DNA from: Thermoplasmatota archaeon
GTDB lineage: Archaea > Thermoplasmatota > JAKEGO01
Length of the DNA: 64,000 bases
NCBI GenBank assembly: GCA_028279595.1
Contig: JANQNK010000001.1
Location: 189,891 to 253,890 of the forward strand
Reading direction: 5' to 3'
Both the position numbers and the translations under genes were made by a program. The notes beneath the pieces were generated by a model. It saw only the letters and a program-made list of their open reading frames with translations, had not been told where the DNA came from and did no database searches. Shown piece after piece: positions 27,829 to 38,022 of the stretch; positions within the stretch are counted from its first letter, which is position 1, and every line of letters begins with the position of its first letter.

Positions 27829-28767
27829 ATGTTCGATCTCCGCAAGGGCTACGACTTTCCGCCATTCAGGCCTCCCAACGAGGCCTCCTCGGCACTGATC
27901 CGGGTTACCCGGGGATGTCCCTGGAACCGGTGCGAGTTCTGTACCATGTACAAGGGCACACGGTTCCAGATGCGACCCCTCGAGGATGTCAAGCGGGACG
28001 TCGACACCGCCGCGGAGATCTTCCTCGGGTCGAGGACGGTGTTCATCGCGGACTCCGACAGTCTCGTGCGGAAGGACATCGTGGAGATCATGGAGTACGT
28101 CAGGGAGAAGTTCCCGGATGCCGAGCGGATCACCTCGTACGGAAGGGCCAGGACCCTTAGGGTCCTCGGTCCCGAGAGGTTGAAAAGGATCAGGGAGGCC
28201 GGGCTCACAAGGATCCACATGGGCCTGGAGTCCGGGGACAAGGAGACCCTCGAGATGATGCAAAAGGGCGTGGGTCCCGAGGAGATGATCGCTGGCGGGA
28301 AGGCCGCCCGGGAGGCGGGCCTCGACCTCTCCCTTTACGTTCTGATCGGCGCAGGAGGGCCCGACCGTCTGAGGGAGCACGCCCTCGGCTCGGCTCGTGT
28401 CTGCAATGCCATCGATCCGGACTTCATCCGGCTGAGGACACTGGTCGTCGAGCACGCCTCTTCCCTCGAGGCGAAGCTCAAGCAGGGAACCTTCAGGACG
28501 ACGACCCCCCTCCAGAAGCTCGAGGAGGTGAGGACGTTCGTCGATGCTCTGGAGGTCACTGATTGCCAGTTCGCTTCCGACCACTTCGCTAACTACATCT
28601 GGATCGACCACGAATGCGTCTACGACGGTATCGCAGGCCACCTACCGGGGGACAAGGCTAGGATGCTGGCCAAGTTGGACCGCGCCATCGAGAGGATCGG
28701 CTCGACGGACGGCGACGTACAGGACGTAACGATCCTGCACGAAAGGGGTCTTGTCGGACATCTCTGA
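27829..28767 (+). CDS. Radical SAM protein of unknown function
   Basis: CPWNRCEFC (CxxxCxxC), GLESG. Confidence 0.85.
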   Translation: MFDLRKGYDFPPFRPPNEASSALIRVTRGCPWNRCEFCTMYKGTRFQMRPLEDVKRDVDTAAEIFLGSRTVFIADSDSLVRKDIVEIMEYVREKFPDAERITSYGRARTLRVLGPERLKRIREAGLTRIHMGLESGDKETLEMMQKGVGPEEMIAGGKAAREAGLDLSLYVLIGAGGPDRLREHALGSARVCNAIDPDFIRLRTLVVEHASSLEAKLKQGTFRTTTPLQKLEEVRTFVDALEVTDCQFASDHFANYIWIDHECVYDGIAGHLPGDKARMLAKLDRAIERIGSTDGDVQDVTILHERGLVGHL

Positions 28768-28769
28768 GC

Positions 28770-29048
28770 TCATCCGCCGCTTATCGGGATGAAGAAGAGT
28801 ATCTCATCGCCGTCCTTCAGGGCCGTATCGGTCCCGTCGAGGGCGTTGATCGGCCTGTCGTTCACGAACAGAATGAAGTAGTCGGTCAGTTCCCCGTCGG
28901 GCTCGTAGAGCTCATCCCTCAATTTAGGGTACTTATCGACGAGATGATCCAACAGGTCCGAGACGGTCGAGCCCTCCAGCTCCTCCTCGATCTCCCGCGA
29001 ACCCACAGCGTCCGAAAAGGGCTTGAGAAGGTTCACCTTGACCATCAT
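28770..29048 (-). CDS. MoaD/ThiS/SAMP ubiquitin-like sulfur carrier
   Basis: ~92 aa beta-grasp pattern ending PISGG. Confidence 0.88.
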   Translation of the reverse strand: MMVKVNLLKPFSDAVGSREIEEELEGSTVSDLLDHLVDKYPKLRDELYEPDGELTDYFILFVNDRPINALDGTDTALKDGDEILFFIPISGG

Positions 29049-29159
29049 CCACTAGGCATTGGAGGCCACGTATTTAGCGGTTATTCCAGAAACCACCCAC
29101 ACGTTACGTTTTTGTATCCCAGACCCATTGTCTGAACGCTAGCGTTAGGGGGCATCAGC

Positions 29160-30368
29160 ATGGGTTTCGAGAAGGCATACATTCCGTACGGGGCTTACTG
29201 GAGCACGCCGTTCTGCAGGTGGCAGGGGAGCTTCCAGAACCAGCATGCGATCGTATTCGCGGCAGATGTCGCGAGGATGTTCTTCGAGAGGAGCGGGATC
29301 CCCGTCGCGGACCTGGACGGGGTGATCCTCGGCACGACCATCCCCCAGAGGAACGTCTTCTACGGTACTCCCTGGTTCGCTGGCATGATAGGGGCTGACA
29401 GAGTGACTGGACCCATGGTCGGACAGGCGTGCGCCACATCAGCCAAGGCGGTCGAGCTCGCGGCACAGGGGATCGAGACCGGGACGAACAGGGTCATGCT
29501 CGCCGCATGCGCCGACAGGTGCAGCAACGGACCCCTCCTCGTCTACCCCAACGCCGGGAGGCCGGGAGCCACACAGGACACCGAGAGCTGGGTATGGGAC
29601 AACTTCGGACACGACCCGTTCGCTAAGAACGCGATGGTCGAGACCGCGGAGAACGTCGCCCGGGAGGAGGGGATCATGAAGGAGGAGCAAGACGAGGTGA
29701 CCCTCATCAGATATCAGCAGTACGAGGCTTCCCTGGCCAACGACCTCGAGTTCCAGAAGCGTTACATGATCACGCCCATCGATGTAATGGACTCCCGCGG
29801 AAAGAAGGTCGTCGCTACGGTCGATGGCGACGAGGGCGTGTTCCCGACCAATGCCGAGGGCCTCGCGAAGTTGAAACCCGTCATGCAGGGCGGCACGGTC
29901 ACCTTCGGGTCCCAGACCCATCCGGCCGACGGGAACACTGGCATAATGATCACGGACAAGGAGAGCGCCGCGAAGTATTCGACCAGGGACGACGTCGAGG
30001 TACAGATACTCTCTTACGGTGAGGGGCGTGCGGAGAAGGGCTACATGGCCAAGGCTATCGTGCCGGCGGCTGACCGGGCCCTCGAGGCCGCGGGTATCGG
30101 GATGTCCGACGTCGCAGCCATCAAGACCCACACACCGTTCGCCGTGAATGACATCTACTTCTGCCGGACCTACGGACTGGAGTACGACGCGATGAACAAC
30201 TACGGCTGTTCCCTCATCTACGGTCATCCGCAGGGACCCACCGGGTCCCGCGGGATAATGGAGATGATCGAGGAGCTGGTCCTCCTCGACGGAGGCTACG
30301 GTCTCTTCGACGGATGCGCCGCCGGAGACACCGGCGCCGCCCTGGTCCTCAAGGTCACTATCTCATAG
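29160..30368 (+). CDS. Thiolase (probable 3-oxopimeloyl-CoA/3-oxoacyl-CoA thiolase)
   Basis: QACATS, KTHTPFA, GHPQGPTG, GCAAG. Confidence 0.85.
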   Translation: MGFEKAYIPYGAYWSTPFCRWQGSFQNQHAIVFAADVARMFFERSGIPVADLDGVILGTTIPQRNVFYGTPWFAGMIGADRVTGPMVGQACATSAKAVELAAQGIETGTNRVMLAACADRCSNGPLLVYPNAGRPGATQDTESWVWDNFGHDPFAKNAMVETAENVAREEGIMKEEQDEVTLIRYQQYEASLANDLEFQKRYMITPIDVMDSRGKKVVATVDGDEGVFPTNAEGLAKLKPVMQGGTVTFGSQTHPADGNTGIMITDKESAAKYSTRDDVEVQILSYGEGRAEKGYMAKAIVPAADRALEAAGIGMSDVAAIKTHTPFAVNDIYFCRTYGLEYDAMNNYGCSLIYGHPQGPTGSRGIMEMIEELVLLDGGYGLFDGCAAGDTGAALVLKVTIS

Positions 30369-30379
30369 GGAGGTTCGGA

Positions 30380-32416
30380 ATGAAGATGCAGAAGGTGGGC
30401 GTCATCGGCGCCGGCAACATGGGAAGCGGGATCGCGCAGAGGATCGCCCAGGAGGACATCCAGGTCGTCATGGTCGACATGGAGGACGAGTTCGTCGAGC
30501 GAGGGATGGAGAACATCCGTAAGACACTCGGCGAGGGCGTCGAGAGGCGCATATTCACCGCCGAGCGGATGGAGAAGATACTCTCAAACATCACGGGGAC
30601 CACCGACAGGAAGGCCGTCGCAGACGCAGACCTGGTCATCGAGGTCATCTTCGAGGACATGGCGGTCAAGAAACAGCTCTTCAGTGAACTGGACGATATA
30701 TGTTCACAAAAGACGGTGCTCGCCTCGAACACATCATCCTTCTCCATCACGGAGCTCGCCGACGCCGTGAGGCGCAAGGACAGGTTCGTAGGGCTCCACT
30801 TCTTCTACCATCCGGCCAAGAACCGGCTCCTCGAGGTCATTCCAGGTGAGTGGACAGGCGATGGTACCGTCGCCATGGCCGAGGAGTTCGCCCGTACGAT
30901 CGGGAAGACGGGCATCAACGTCAAGGACGCTCCCGGGTTCGCCGTGAACAGGTTTTTCGTCCCGTGGCTCAACGAGGCCGCCCGCCTCCACGGCGAGGAG
31001 ATCTCGATCCCCACGATCGACGAGACCGCGAAACGGGTCTTCGACATCGGCATGGGGCCCTTCGAACTGATGAACGTCACCGGGATACCGATCGCGTACC
31101 ACTCGACAGTGAGCCTCGGGAACGCCCTCGGGGACTTTTACGGTCCCAGCGACAGGCTGGCACGCCAGTTCGAGTCCGGAGAGGAATGGGACCTGTCCGG
31201 TGAGATCGACGACCACCAGGTGGCCACTGTCGAGGAACGACTGCTCGGTACGGTATTCACTGTGGCATGCCAGCTCGTCCAGGAGGGGGTGGCCAGCATC
31301 GAGGATACCGACAGGGGAGCCAAGATCGGCCTACGATGGTCGTCAGGTCCCTTCGAGATGATGAACGCTGTCGGGATCGAGCGGGCGCACGGCATCGTCA
31401 CCGATTTCGTCGGATGGTACGACGACCTCGAGATGCCCCGGAACCTGGAGACGCAGCTTTCACTCGGCCGACCGTGGGACATCAGCTACGTCGATCTTGC
31501 AGTCGATGGACGCATCGCTCATGTGACATTCAACAGGCCAGAGGCCCTCAACTCCATCAACGAGACCGTGATGAAGCAGCTGGACGAACGTTTCTTCGAG
31601 GCAGAGATCACCGACGGCGTCGAGGTCATTGTCCTCGAGGGCGCCGGCAAGGCGTTCGTGGCCGGAGCCGACATCGCCTACTTCATCGAGAAGATCGACG
31701 AGGACAGGATAGACGACATAGTCGAGTTCACGTCGTTCGGCCACAAGGTCCTGAAGAGGATCGACAGCTCCGAGAAGCTGGTCATCGCGAAGCTGGACGG
31801 CCTCGCCATGGGCGGGGGGACCGAGATAACCCTTGCCGCAGACACGATCGTGGCGACCGAACGTGGGAGCCTGGCCCTCCCCGAGACGGGAATAGGTATC
31901 TATCCCGGTCTGGGTGGAACGCAGCGAATGACAAGGTATATTGGGAAGGAGCTCGCGAAGTACCTCGTCCTTACCGGAAGGCCCCTTGACGCGGTCACGG
32001 CCAAGGACATCGGGCTGGTGGAATACGTGTTCCCCTCCTCCGAGGTCGATGAGAGGATAGAGGAACTCGTCAGGAGCGGTCCCGTGATGACCAAGGAGAG
32101 CAGGGAGGAGGTCACACTTCCGGAGAACATGAGCGCGATCAAGGACCTCTTCTCGAACGCCAACCTGCAGATGCTCCTCAAGGGGGACCCGGGCCTGGAT
32201 GAGACCGGCAGCAAGCTGGCCCAGACGATATCGAGGAAGGCACCCATCGCCGTGAAGATAGCGAACACGTTGATCGACGAGGGAGCGGACATAGACCTCG
32301 ATGACGGACTCCAGCTGGAGCTGGACCATCTCAACGAGATATTCAGGACAAAGGACGCTTACGAGGGGCTCTCGTCGGTACTCGAGAGACGGAGGCCTTC
32401 TTTCAGCGGGGAATAG
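30380..32416 (+). CDS. 3-hydroxyacyl-CoA dehydrogenase / enoyl-CoA hydratase fusion
   Basis: GAGNMGSGIA, SNTSS, GLHFF, PGFAVNR; crotonase AFVAGAD, GGGTE, LPE; start ATG 30380. Confidence 0.9.
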   Translation: MKMQKVGVIGAGNMGSGIAQRIAQEDIQVVMVDMEDEFVERGMENIRKTLGEGVERRIFTAERMEKILSNITGTTDRKAVADADLVIEVIFEDMAVKKQLFSELDDICSQKTVLASNTSSFSITELADAVRRKDRFVGLHFFYHPAKNRLLEVIPGEWTGDGTVAMAEEFARTIGKTGINVKDAPGFAVNRFFVPWLNEAARLHGEEISIPTIDETAKRVFDIGMGPFELMNVTGIPIAYHSTVSLGNALGDFYGPSDRLARQFESGEEWDLSGEIDDHQVATVEERLLGTVFTVACQLVQEGVASIEDTDRGAKIGLRWSSGPFEMMNAVGIERAHGIVTDFVGWYDDLEMPRNLETQLSLGRPWDISYVDLAVDGRIAHVTFNRPEALNSINETVMKQLDERFFEAEITDGVEVIVLEGAGKAFVAGADIAYFIEKIDEDRIDDIVEFTSFGHKVLKRIDSSEKLVIAKLDGLAMGGGTEITLAADTIVATERGSLALPETGIGIYPGLGGTQRMTRYIGKELAKYLVLTGRPLDAVTAKDIGLVEYVFPSSEVDERIEELVRSGPVMTKESREEVTLPENMSAIKDLFSNANLQMLLKGDPGLDETGSKLAQTISRKAPIAVKIANTLIDEGADIDLDDGLQLELDHLNEIFRTKDAYEGLSSVLERRRPSFSGE

Positions 32417-32417
32417 G

Positions 32418-33008
32418 ATGGTAGTCGTCGGACTCACCGGAGGGATCTGCGCCGGGAAGACCCTGGTGGCCTCGATGATGGGCGAGATGGGTGCCCGCGT
32501 CTACGACGCAGACGCCGCAGTCCATCAACTCCTGTTGAGGGAGGACATCATGAATGCCGTCATCGATCTCCTCGGACCCCAGATTATCGTAGAAGGCCGG
32601 CTGGACCGGAAGCTCATTGCGGACATCGTATTCGAGGACAGGGAAGCCCTGCACGGACTTGAGGCCATACTCCATCCCGCCGTCCACGTCCAGGTGATGG
32701 AGATCGTCTATCATCTTCCGGGGTACGGGATCCTTGTACTCGACGCACCCTTGCTCATCGAGGCTGAACACGAGGACATCTGCGACGTGCTCATACACGT
32801 GGCCGTTGACCCTGGTGTCCTGGCGGACAGACTGATGGAACGCGGGATGACGATGGAGGAAATGGAGCGGAGGTCCGATCGTCAGATGTCCGAGGGGGAC
32901 AAGATCGCCCTCGCCTCGGCCGTGATCGACAATTCCGGGACCATATCCGAGACGAGGGAGCAGGTCGAGCGCGCCTGGCGGGACAACGTACTCCCGCTGA
33001 CGCGGTGA
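32418..33008 (+). CDS. coaE: Dephospho-CoA kinase, bacterial type
   Basis: VGLTGGICAGKT, DAD, LDRK.IA.IVF, ILHP, DAPLLIE, IDNSG. Confidence 0.88.
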   Translation: MVVVGLTGGICAGKTLVASMMGEMGARVYDADAAVHQLLLREDIMNAVIDLLGPQIIVEGRLDRKLIADIVFEDREALHGLEAILHPAVHVQVMEIVYHLPGYGILVLDAPLLIEAEHEDICDVLIHVAVDPGVLADRLMERGMTMEEMERRSDRQMSEGDKIALASAVIDNSGTISETREQVERAWRDNVLPLTR

Positions 33009-33150
33009 GTTGAACGAGTTGACCGTGGTCCAAACGACCTTGCACATCATCAGATGTCAATAATAAGCGAATAATTTCTCGGTCATTTCTCCGAGTGGCC
33101 AGACCGAAAACCTTTTCGTTGCGATTTCGATAGGGAGGACCGGTGACACA

Positions 33151-34350
33151 ATGGAAGATTGGTTCTTCACAGAGGAGCAGCGTATGTTCCGCGAGAGTCT
33201 GAGAGAATACCTCCAGCATCACTTTTCGCTCGAGGTCATTGAACATATAGAGGAGAAGAGAGAGATCCCCAAGGCGATCATCGAGGCCATGGCGGAGTTC
33301 GAACTTTTCTGTCCGATGGTCTCCGAGGATTACGGTGGGGCGGGGTTCGACCTCGTGACCGCCGGGATAGTCGGAGAGGAGCTTGCTAGGGTCGACCCGA
33401 CCGGCTCGACCTGCGTTTACTACCTCGTTCCGGCATCGTGGAGCAGGATCATCGACCTCTACGGGACTGAGGAGGCGAAGCAGGAGCTGCTACCCAAGAT
33501 GACCAAGGGTGAGATATTCTGCGGAATAGCCTCGACCGAGGCCGACACTGGGTCCGACCTCGGGAACATGATAACCACGATCAAGCCCGACGGCGACGGT
33601 TACGTCGTCAACGGCGCCAAGAACTACATCTCTGGCGTGCGTGAGGCCTCCACTCTCGGAGGCGGGCATGTCACCCTCGCACGACAGGACCTAGACGCCG
33701 GGGTCCGCGGATGTACGCTATTCTACCTTCCACTGACCGCGGACGGGATCGAGATATCCCAGGACCGCGAGATGGGCAGGGAGGGCATGTCGACCGGCGG
33801 GTTCCGGATCGATAACGTCAAGATACCCAAGCATTACCTCATCGGCGAGGAGAACAAGGGCTTCTACATTATCCACGAGGGATACGAGGCAGCTCGCGGG
33901 ATCATCGCATGCGTGTGCGCCGGTGCGGCCCTGAAGGCGCTCGAGAACGCCGTCGCCTACATGAAGGAGCGCAAGACTTTCGGACAACCGCTGGCACGAT
34001 ACCAGGGGATGCAGTTCCCCCTCGCCGAGCACTGGTCGAAGATGATGATGGTCCGCGACTGGGGCTACAAGGCCCTCAGGATAATGGACCAGGAGAAGCA
34101 GGGGAAGGCGACGCGGTTCGAGTCGAGCCAGTCCATCGCGATGGCCAAGCTATGGGCTCCGTTATGGGCCTTCGACGCCATCAATTTCTCCATGCAGGTG
34201 CAGGGCGCTTACGGTTACTCCCTCGAGTGCACCGAGCAGAAGGCCCTGCGGGCCGTCAGGAGCTTCGGCTGGGCCGAGGGTACCTCGGAGGTAATGAGGC
34301 TCATCATCGCCAGGGAGGTCCTCGGCGGGACCGCCTGGAAGGGTTACTGA
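33151..34350 (+). CDS. Acyl-CoA dehydrogenase
   Basis: STE..TGSD, VNGAKNYIS, ERKTFG, GAYGY, AEGTSEVMR. Confidence 0.9.
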   Translation: MEDWFFTEEQRMFRESLREYLQHHFSLEVIEHIEEKREIPKAIIEAMAEFELFCPMVSEDYGGAGFDLVTAGIVGEELARVDPTGSTCVYYLVPASWSRIIDLYGTEEAKQELLPKMTKGEIFCGIASTEADTGSDLGNMITTIKPDGDGYVVNGAKNYISGVREASTLGGGHVTLARQDLDAGVRGCTLFYLPLTADGIEISQDREMGREGMSTGGFRIDNVKIPKHYLIGEENKGFYIIHEGYEAARGIIACVCAGAALKALENAVAYMKERKTFGQPLARYQGMQFPLAEHWSKMMMVRDWGYKALRIMDQEKQGKATRFESSQSIAMAKLWAPLWAFDAINFSMQVQGAYGYSLECTEQKALRAVRSFGWAEGTSEVMRLIIAREVLGGTAWKGY

Positions 34351-34355
34351 TCGGA

Positions 34356-35141
34356 ATGAAGATAGTGGTCTGTGTGAAGCAGGTCCCGGACACCACCGAC
34401 GTGAAGGTGGACCCGGAGAAGGGGACACTAATACGCGAGGGCATCCCATCGATAATCAATCCATTCGACCAGTTCGCACTGGAGGAAGGACTGCGGATAA
34501 GGGAGCAGACCGGTGGTGAACTGACGGTAATCTCAATGGGTCCCCCGCAGGCCAAGAGCGTGATAATGCTGAGCCTTGCCATCGGTGCGGACCGTGGAGT
34601 GCTCCTTACGGACAGGGCGTTCGCAGGAGCCGATACCCTCGCCACATCCTACACACTGGCAAAGGCCGTGGAGAAGATGGGAGAGGCGGACCTTGTCGTC
34701 TGCGGACTGCAGGCCATCGACGGCGACACCGCGCAGGTGGGGCCAGGATTGGCAACCCATCTCAGGCTGCCGCAGATCACGTACGCGGAGCATATCGAGA
34801 TGGTGGACGGCGTTCTTAGGGCCCGCCGGATGATCGACGACGGGACCGAGATAGTCGAGGCGAAGCCACCCGTACTGGTTACCATGACGACACCATCCGA
34901 TTTCGTTCCCACCAATCCTCCCTTCACCAAGATCATGAAGGCGAAGAAGAAACCCTACGAGGAATGGGGTGCTGGCGATATAGACCTCGATTCCAGCAGA
35001 CTCGGACTTGACGGCTCGCCCACCTGGGTCGAGAAGGTATATCCTCCTCCAGTGAGGGAGGCCGGGGAGATCCTGGAGGGGACCTCGGACGAGATCGTGA
35101 CGCAGTTGATCGAGATCCTGAAACGGGAGCAGTTCCTGTGA
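34356..35141 (+). CDS. etfB: Electron transfer flavoprotein beta subunit
   Basis: CVKQVPD, FAGADTLAT, QAIDGDTAQVG; start ATG 34356. Confidence 0.92.
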   Translation: MKIVVCVKQVPDTTDVKVDPEKGTLIREGIPSIINPFDQFALEEGLRIREQTGGELTVISMGPPQAKSVIMLSLAIGADRGVLLTDRAFAGADTLATSYTLAKAVEKMGEADLVVCGLQAIDGDTAQVGPGLATHLRLPQITYAEHIEMVDGVLRARRMIDDGTEIVEAKPPVLVTMTTPSDFVPTNPPFTKIMKAKKKPYEEWGAGDIDLDSSRLGLDGSPTWVEKVYPPPVREAGEILEGTSDEIVTQLIEILKREQFL

Positions 35142-35151
35142 GGTCGATGAC

Positions 35152-36336
35152 ATGCTAGAGGTCACGGAAGACTGCACCGGCTGCGGGATCTGCGTGAAGA
35201 CCTGCCCATTCGGGGCTATCCTCGTCGTCGACGGAAAGGCCGTGGTACAGGACAATTGCACCCTATGCAGCGCATGCGTCCAGGTCTGTCCCTTCGATGC
35301 CCTGGTCCTCGAGCGGAAGGTCGAGGAGAAGGACCTTTCAGGATTCAGGGGAGTCTGGGTCTTCATCGAGGTCGAGGACAACGGGACCGTCCGCTCGGCA
35401 TCCCTTGAACTACTATCAAAGGGCCACGAGCTCGCAAAGGAGCTCGACGAGGAGCTCTGCGCCATCCTCCTCGGTGACGGCGTCCACAATCTGACCGGAG
35501 AGCTCGGCAGGTATGGAGCGACCAAGGTCTACCTGGTCGAGAAACCCGAGCTCGCCGAGTACAACACAGACGCCTTCGCGACCGTGATCGTCGGACTCAT
35601 AACGAAGTACGGTCCGAGCATAGTGCTCTATCCCGCCACGCACATCGGCAGGGACCTGGCCCCGCGGATCGCGGCGACCATCCAGGTCGGACTCACGGCG
35701 GACTGCACCGGGCTGTCCATTGTCGACGGAAAGCTCCTGCAGACCAGGCCAGCCTTCGGGGGCAACATAATGGCGGACATCCTTTCAGCCAACCACAGGC
35801 CCCAGATGGCGACCGTAAGGCCGAACGTCATGCCGGTGATGGACCCGATCGATGGACCCGATCCCATGATAGTCTTCGAGGACGTCACGATCGATCCCGG
35901 ACTCATCCGCGTCAAGGTCATCGAGAGGACGAGGATGGACGAGCCGGGGGTGAAGAAGATCGACGAGGCCGACATCATCGTCAGCGGCGGTCGTGGTGCC
36001 GTGCAGGACGGCAAGCTCGAGATGATCGAGGAGCTGGCCGCAGTCATGGGTGCCGCCGTCGGCTGCTCCCGCGCTGTTGTGGACATGGGCGTCAAGCCGA
36101 AGTCCCATCAGGTCGGTCAGAGCGGCAAGACCGTCTCACCGAAACTGTACCTCGTTTCCGGCGTTTCCGGTGCGATCCAGCACCTCGTCGGGATGAAGTC
36201 CTCCGACATCATCATCGCTATCAACAACGATCCGAACGCACCGATATTCACCGTTGCCAAGTACGGCGTCGTCGGCGACCTGTTCGAGATACTGCCCAAG
36301 TTGACCGAGGCCATCAGGGCCGAGAAGGGTCTCTAG
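35152..36336 (+). CDS. etfA: Electron transfer flavoprotein alpha subunit with N-terminal 2[4Fe-4S] domain
   Basis: CTGCGICVKTCP and CTLCSACVQVCP, then GLTADCT, RPAFGGN, QVGQSG, SGAIQH. Confidence 0.92.
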   Translation: MLEVTEDCTGCGICVKTCPFGAILVVDGKAVVQDNCTLCSACVQVCPFDALVLERKVEEKDLSGFRGVWVFIEVEDNGTVRSASLELLSKGHELAKELDEELCAILLGDGVHNLTGELGRYGATKVYLVEKPELAEYNTDAFATVIVGLITKYGPSIVLYPATHIGRDLAPRIAATIQVGLTADCTGLSIVDGKLLQTRPAFGGNIMADILSANHRPQMATVRPNVMPVMDPIDGPDPMIVFEDVTIDPGLIRVKVIERTRMDEPGVKKIDEADIIVSGGRGAVQDGKLEMIEELAAVMGAAVGCSRAVVDMGVKPKSHQVGQSGKTVSPKLYLVSGVSGAIQHLVGMKSSDIIIAINNDPNAPIFTVAKYGVVGDLFEILPKLTEAIRAEKGL

Positions 36337-36344
36337 GTGTCACC

Positions 36345-36950
36345 ATGGAGGAATTCCTTAGGTCGACGGAACTACTGGACTGCGACGAACCCACCGTCCG
36401 CAAGAAGGCATTCGAGTTGACGATGAGCGCCCAGAGCGAGAGGGAGCAATCGGTGGTGTTGTTCTACTTCGTGCGGGACGGGATCAAGTACCAGCTGGTG
36501 GACAAGTTCCCTGACAAGGAATACTTCAAGGCTTCCCATACCCTCGAACGAGGCCACGGCTTCTGCATACCGAAGGCGATACTGCTCGCCTCTCTGGCCC
36601 GTGCATCGGGGATCCCTTCACGACTCCATGTGGTCGATATCAGGAACTTCCAGTTGCCGAAGGACCTGAAGGAGAAGCTCGGGACCGATCTGATGCGTCA
36701 TCACACCTACGTCGAGATGTACGTCGGCGAGAAGTGGGTGAAGGCGAATCCCGCATTCAACATCGAACTGTGCAACAAGTTCAATCTCGTTCCCGTGGAA
36801 TTCACCGGAGAGGGCGATGCGATGTTCAGCCCGGTCGATCTGGAGGGGACACCACACATCGAGTACTTCGAGGACTACGGGCTGGTGGACGATCTCGACT
36901 ATGACGCCATAAGGAAGGTGTTCGAGGACGGATATCCTCATCTTTTCTAG
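36345..36950 (+). CDS. Transglutaminase-like protein
   Basis: FYFVRD, GFCIPKA.LLA.LARA.GIP.RL, H..VE...KW. Confidence 0.8.
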   Translation: MEEFLRSTELLDCDEPTVRKKAFELTMSAQSEREQSVVLFYFVRDGIKYQLVDKFPDKEYFKASHTLERGHGFCIPKAILLASLARASGIPSRLHVVDIRNFQLPKDLKEKLGTDLMRHHTYVEMYVGEKWVKANPAFNIELCNKFNLVPVEFTGEGDAMFSPVDLEGTPHIEYFEDYGLVDDLDYDAIRKVFEDGYPHLF

Positions 36951-37005
36951 GCTGCTGCTTGTGAGGTCAAGGACGATTCTATCGTCCGGACCCTGGCCGT
37001 CCGGG

Positions 37006-37860
37006 TCATGCCAGGTAATGCTCGCACGCGTAACAGTAGTGTCTCCCGTATTCCTCGATGTAGTCAGCCTCCTCGCCGCAAGTGGGGCATGACATCCTGA
37101 CAGGCTCCTCTTCAACTCCCTCCTCGGTCTCGAGGTATTCCTTGCAACCGTGACAGTAGTATCGCTGATACTGCTCGATGAAGGTGCCAGGGTTTCCGCA
37201 CTTGGGACAGGCAACCTTGTCTTCCGGTTCGGGAGCCGCAGCGGCCGCTCCGGACGCTGCCGTCCCGACGGCGAAGGCCGGGTCCTCCTTCTTGATCCTC
37301 TCGACAGCCCTGGCGAGTTCCCTCTTCTCCCGTTTCTTCTTGTTCATCTTGGCCTTCACGAACAGTATGATGATCCCCCCCACCGCCAGTATACCGCAGA
37401 TGACGAGCGTGTCAGGTCCCTTGTCGTCCTCGTCGACGGTCACCTTCAGATGGATCGTTACCGCCCCATCAGGATCGGCGGGCCCATAATCGGTGTTGTC
37501 GAAGACGATGTAGTAGACGCCCTCCTCGTCGGTCCTGTACTTCGCGCTTCCGCTTGCCGCGTTGGTGACCGACTTCTCCGCCGAAGCCGTCAGGCCGTTG
37601 TCGTATCTATTGTAGTTCATCTCGTCGAATAGATAGACGTCTATCGGCACGTCATCGTCCGTCCTGAAACTGAACGTGAGCTCGATGTCCTTCTCGAGCT
37701 CCGTGGATTCGAAGCCGTAGTACTCGTCCTCCTGCAGCGTTACCGTCTCGACCTTCGTGTCCTGGGCGCCAGCCTCCGGAAGACACGAAACAACGATGAA
37801 TAGTCCGATAAGCAATCCAAGTGCGATGATAGGTCCCGCTCTCACTGTATCCCCTCTCAC
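37006..37860 (-). CDS. Membrane protein: extracellular beta domain, one TM helix, two cytoplasmic Zn ribbons
   Basis: Signal-like N-terminus, YYIVFDN, TM helix, CPKC..YYCHGC and CPTC..HYCYAC repeats. Confidence 0.7.
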   Translation of the reverse strand: MRGDTVRAGPIIALGLLIGLFIVVSCLPEAGAQDTKVETVTLQEDEYYGFESTELEKDIELTFSFRTDDDVPIDVYLFDEMNYNRYDNGLTASAEKSVTNAASGSAKYRTDEEGVYYIVFDNTDYGPADPDGAVTIHLKVTVDEDDKGPDTLVICGILAVGGIIILFVKAKMNKKKREKRELARAVERIKKEDPAFAVGTAASGAAAAAPEPEDKVACPKCGNPGTFIEQYQRYYCHGCKEYLETEEGVEEEPVRMSCPTCGEEADYIEEYGRHYCYACEHYLA

Positions 37861-37988
37861 TGGGTATGCACATTTGGTATGTAATAATTTCGCTCGAGAA
37901 ACCGTAGATCGCTGAAGACCTTTGGCACGACTTAAAATATGAGGTGTTCACCATTTTTCCTTTGAAAGCTGCCGCTTGTCGATGAATT

Positions 37989-38022
37989 AAATAAGAAGGG
38001 GTGTCAGCGCTTCCGCTGACAC
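37989..38022 (-). terminator. Hairpin plus pyrimidine/U tract downstream of the CxxC gene
   Basis: Minus strand reads GTGTCAGCG-gaag-CGCTGACAC-cccttcttattt. Confidence 0.55.

Noticed and set aside
29135-29146. Palindrome AACGCTAGCGTT before the thiolase
   Set aside because: Single occurrence; insufficient support for an operator
33909-34355. N-terminal extensions in the ORF track (etfB, coaE, grpE, iorB and others)
   Set aside because: They overlap upstream genes; downstream starts fit the family N-termini
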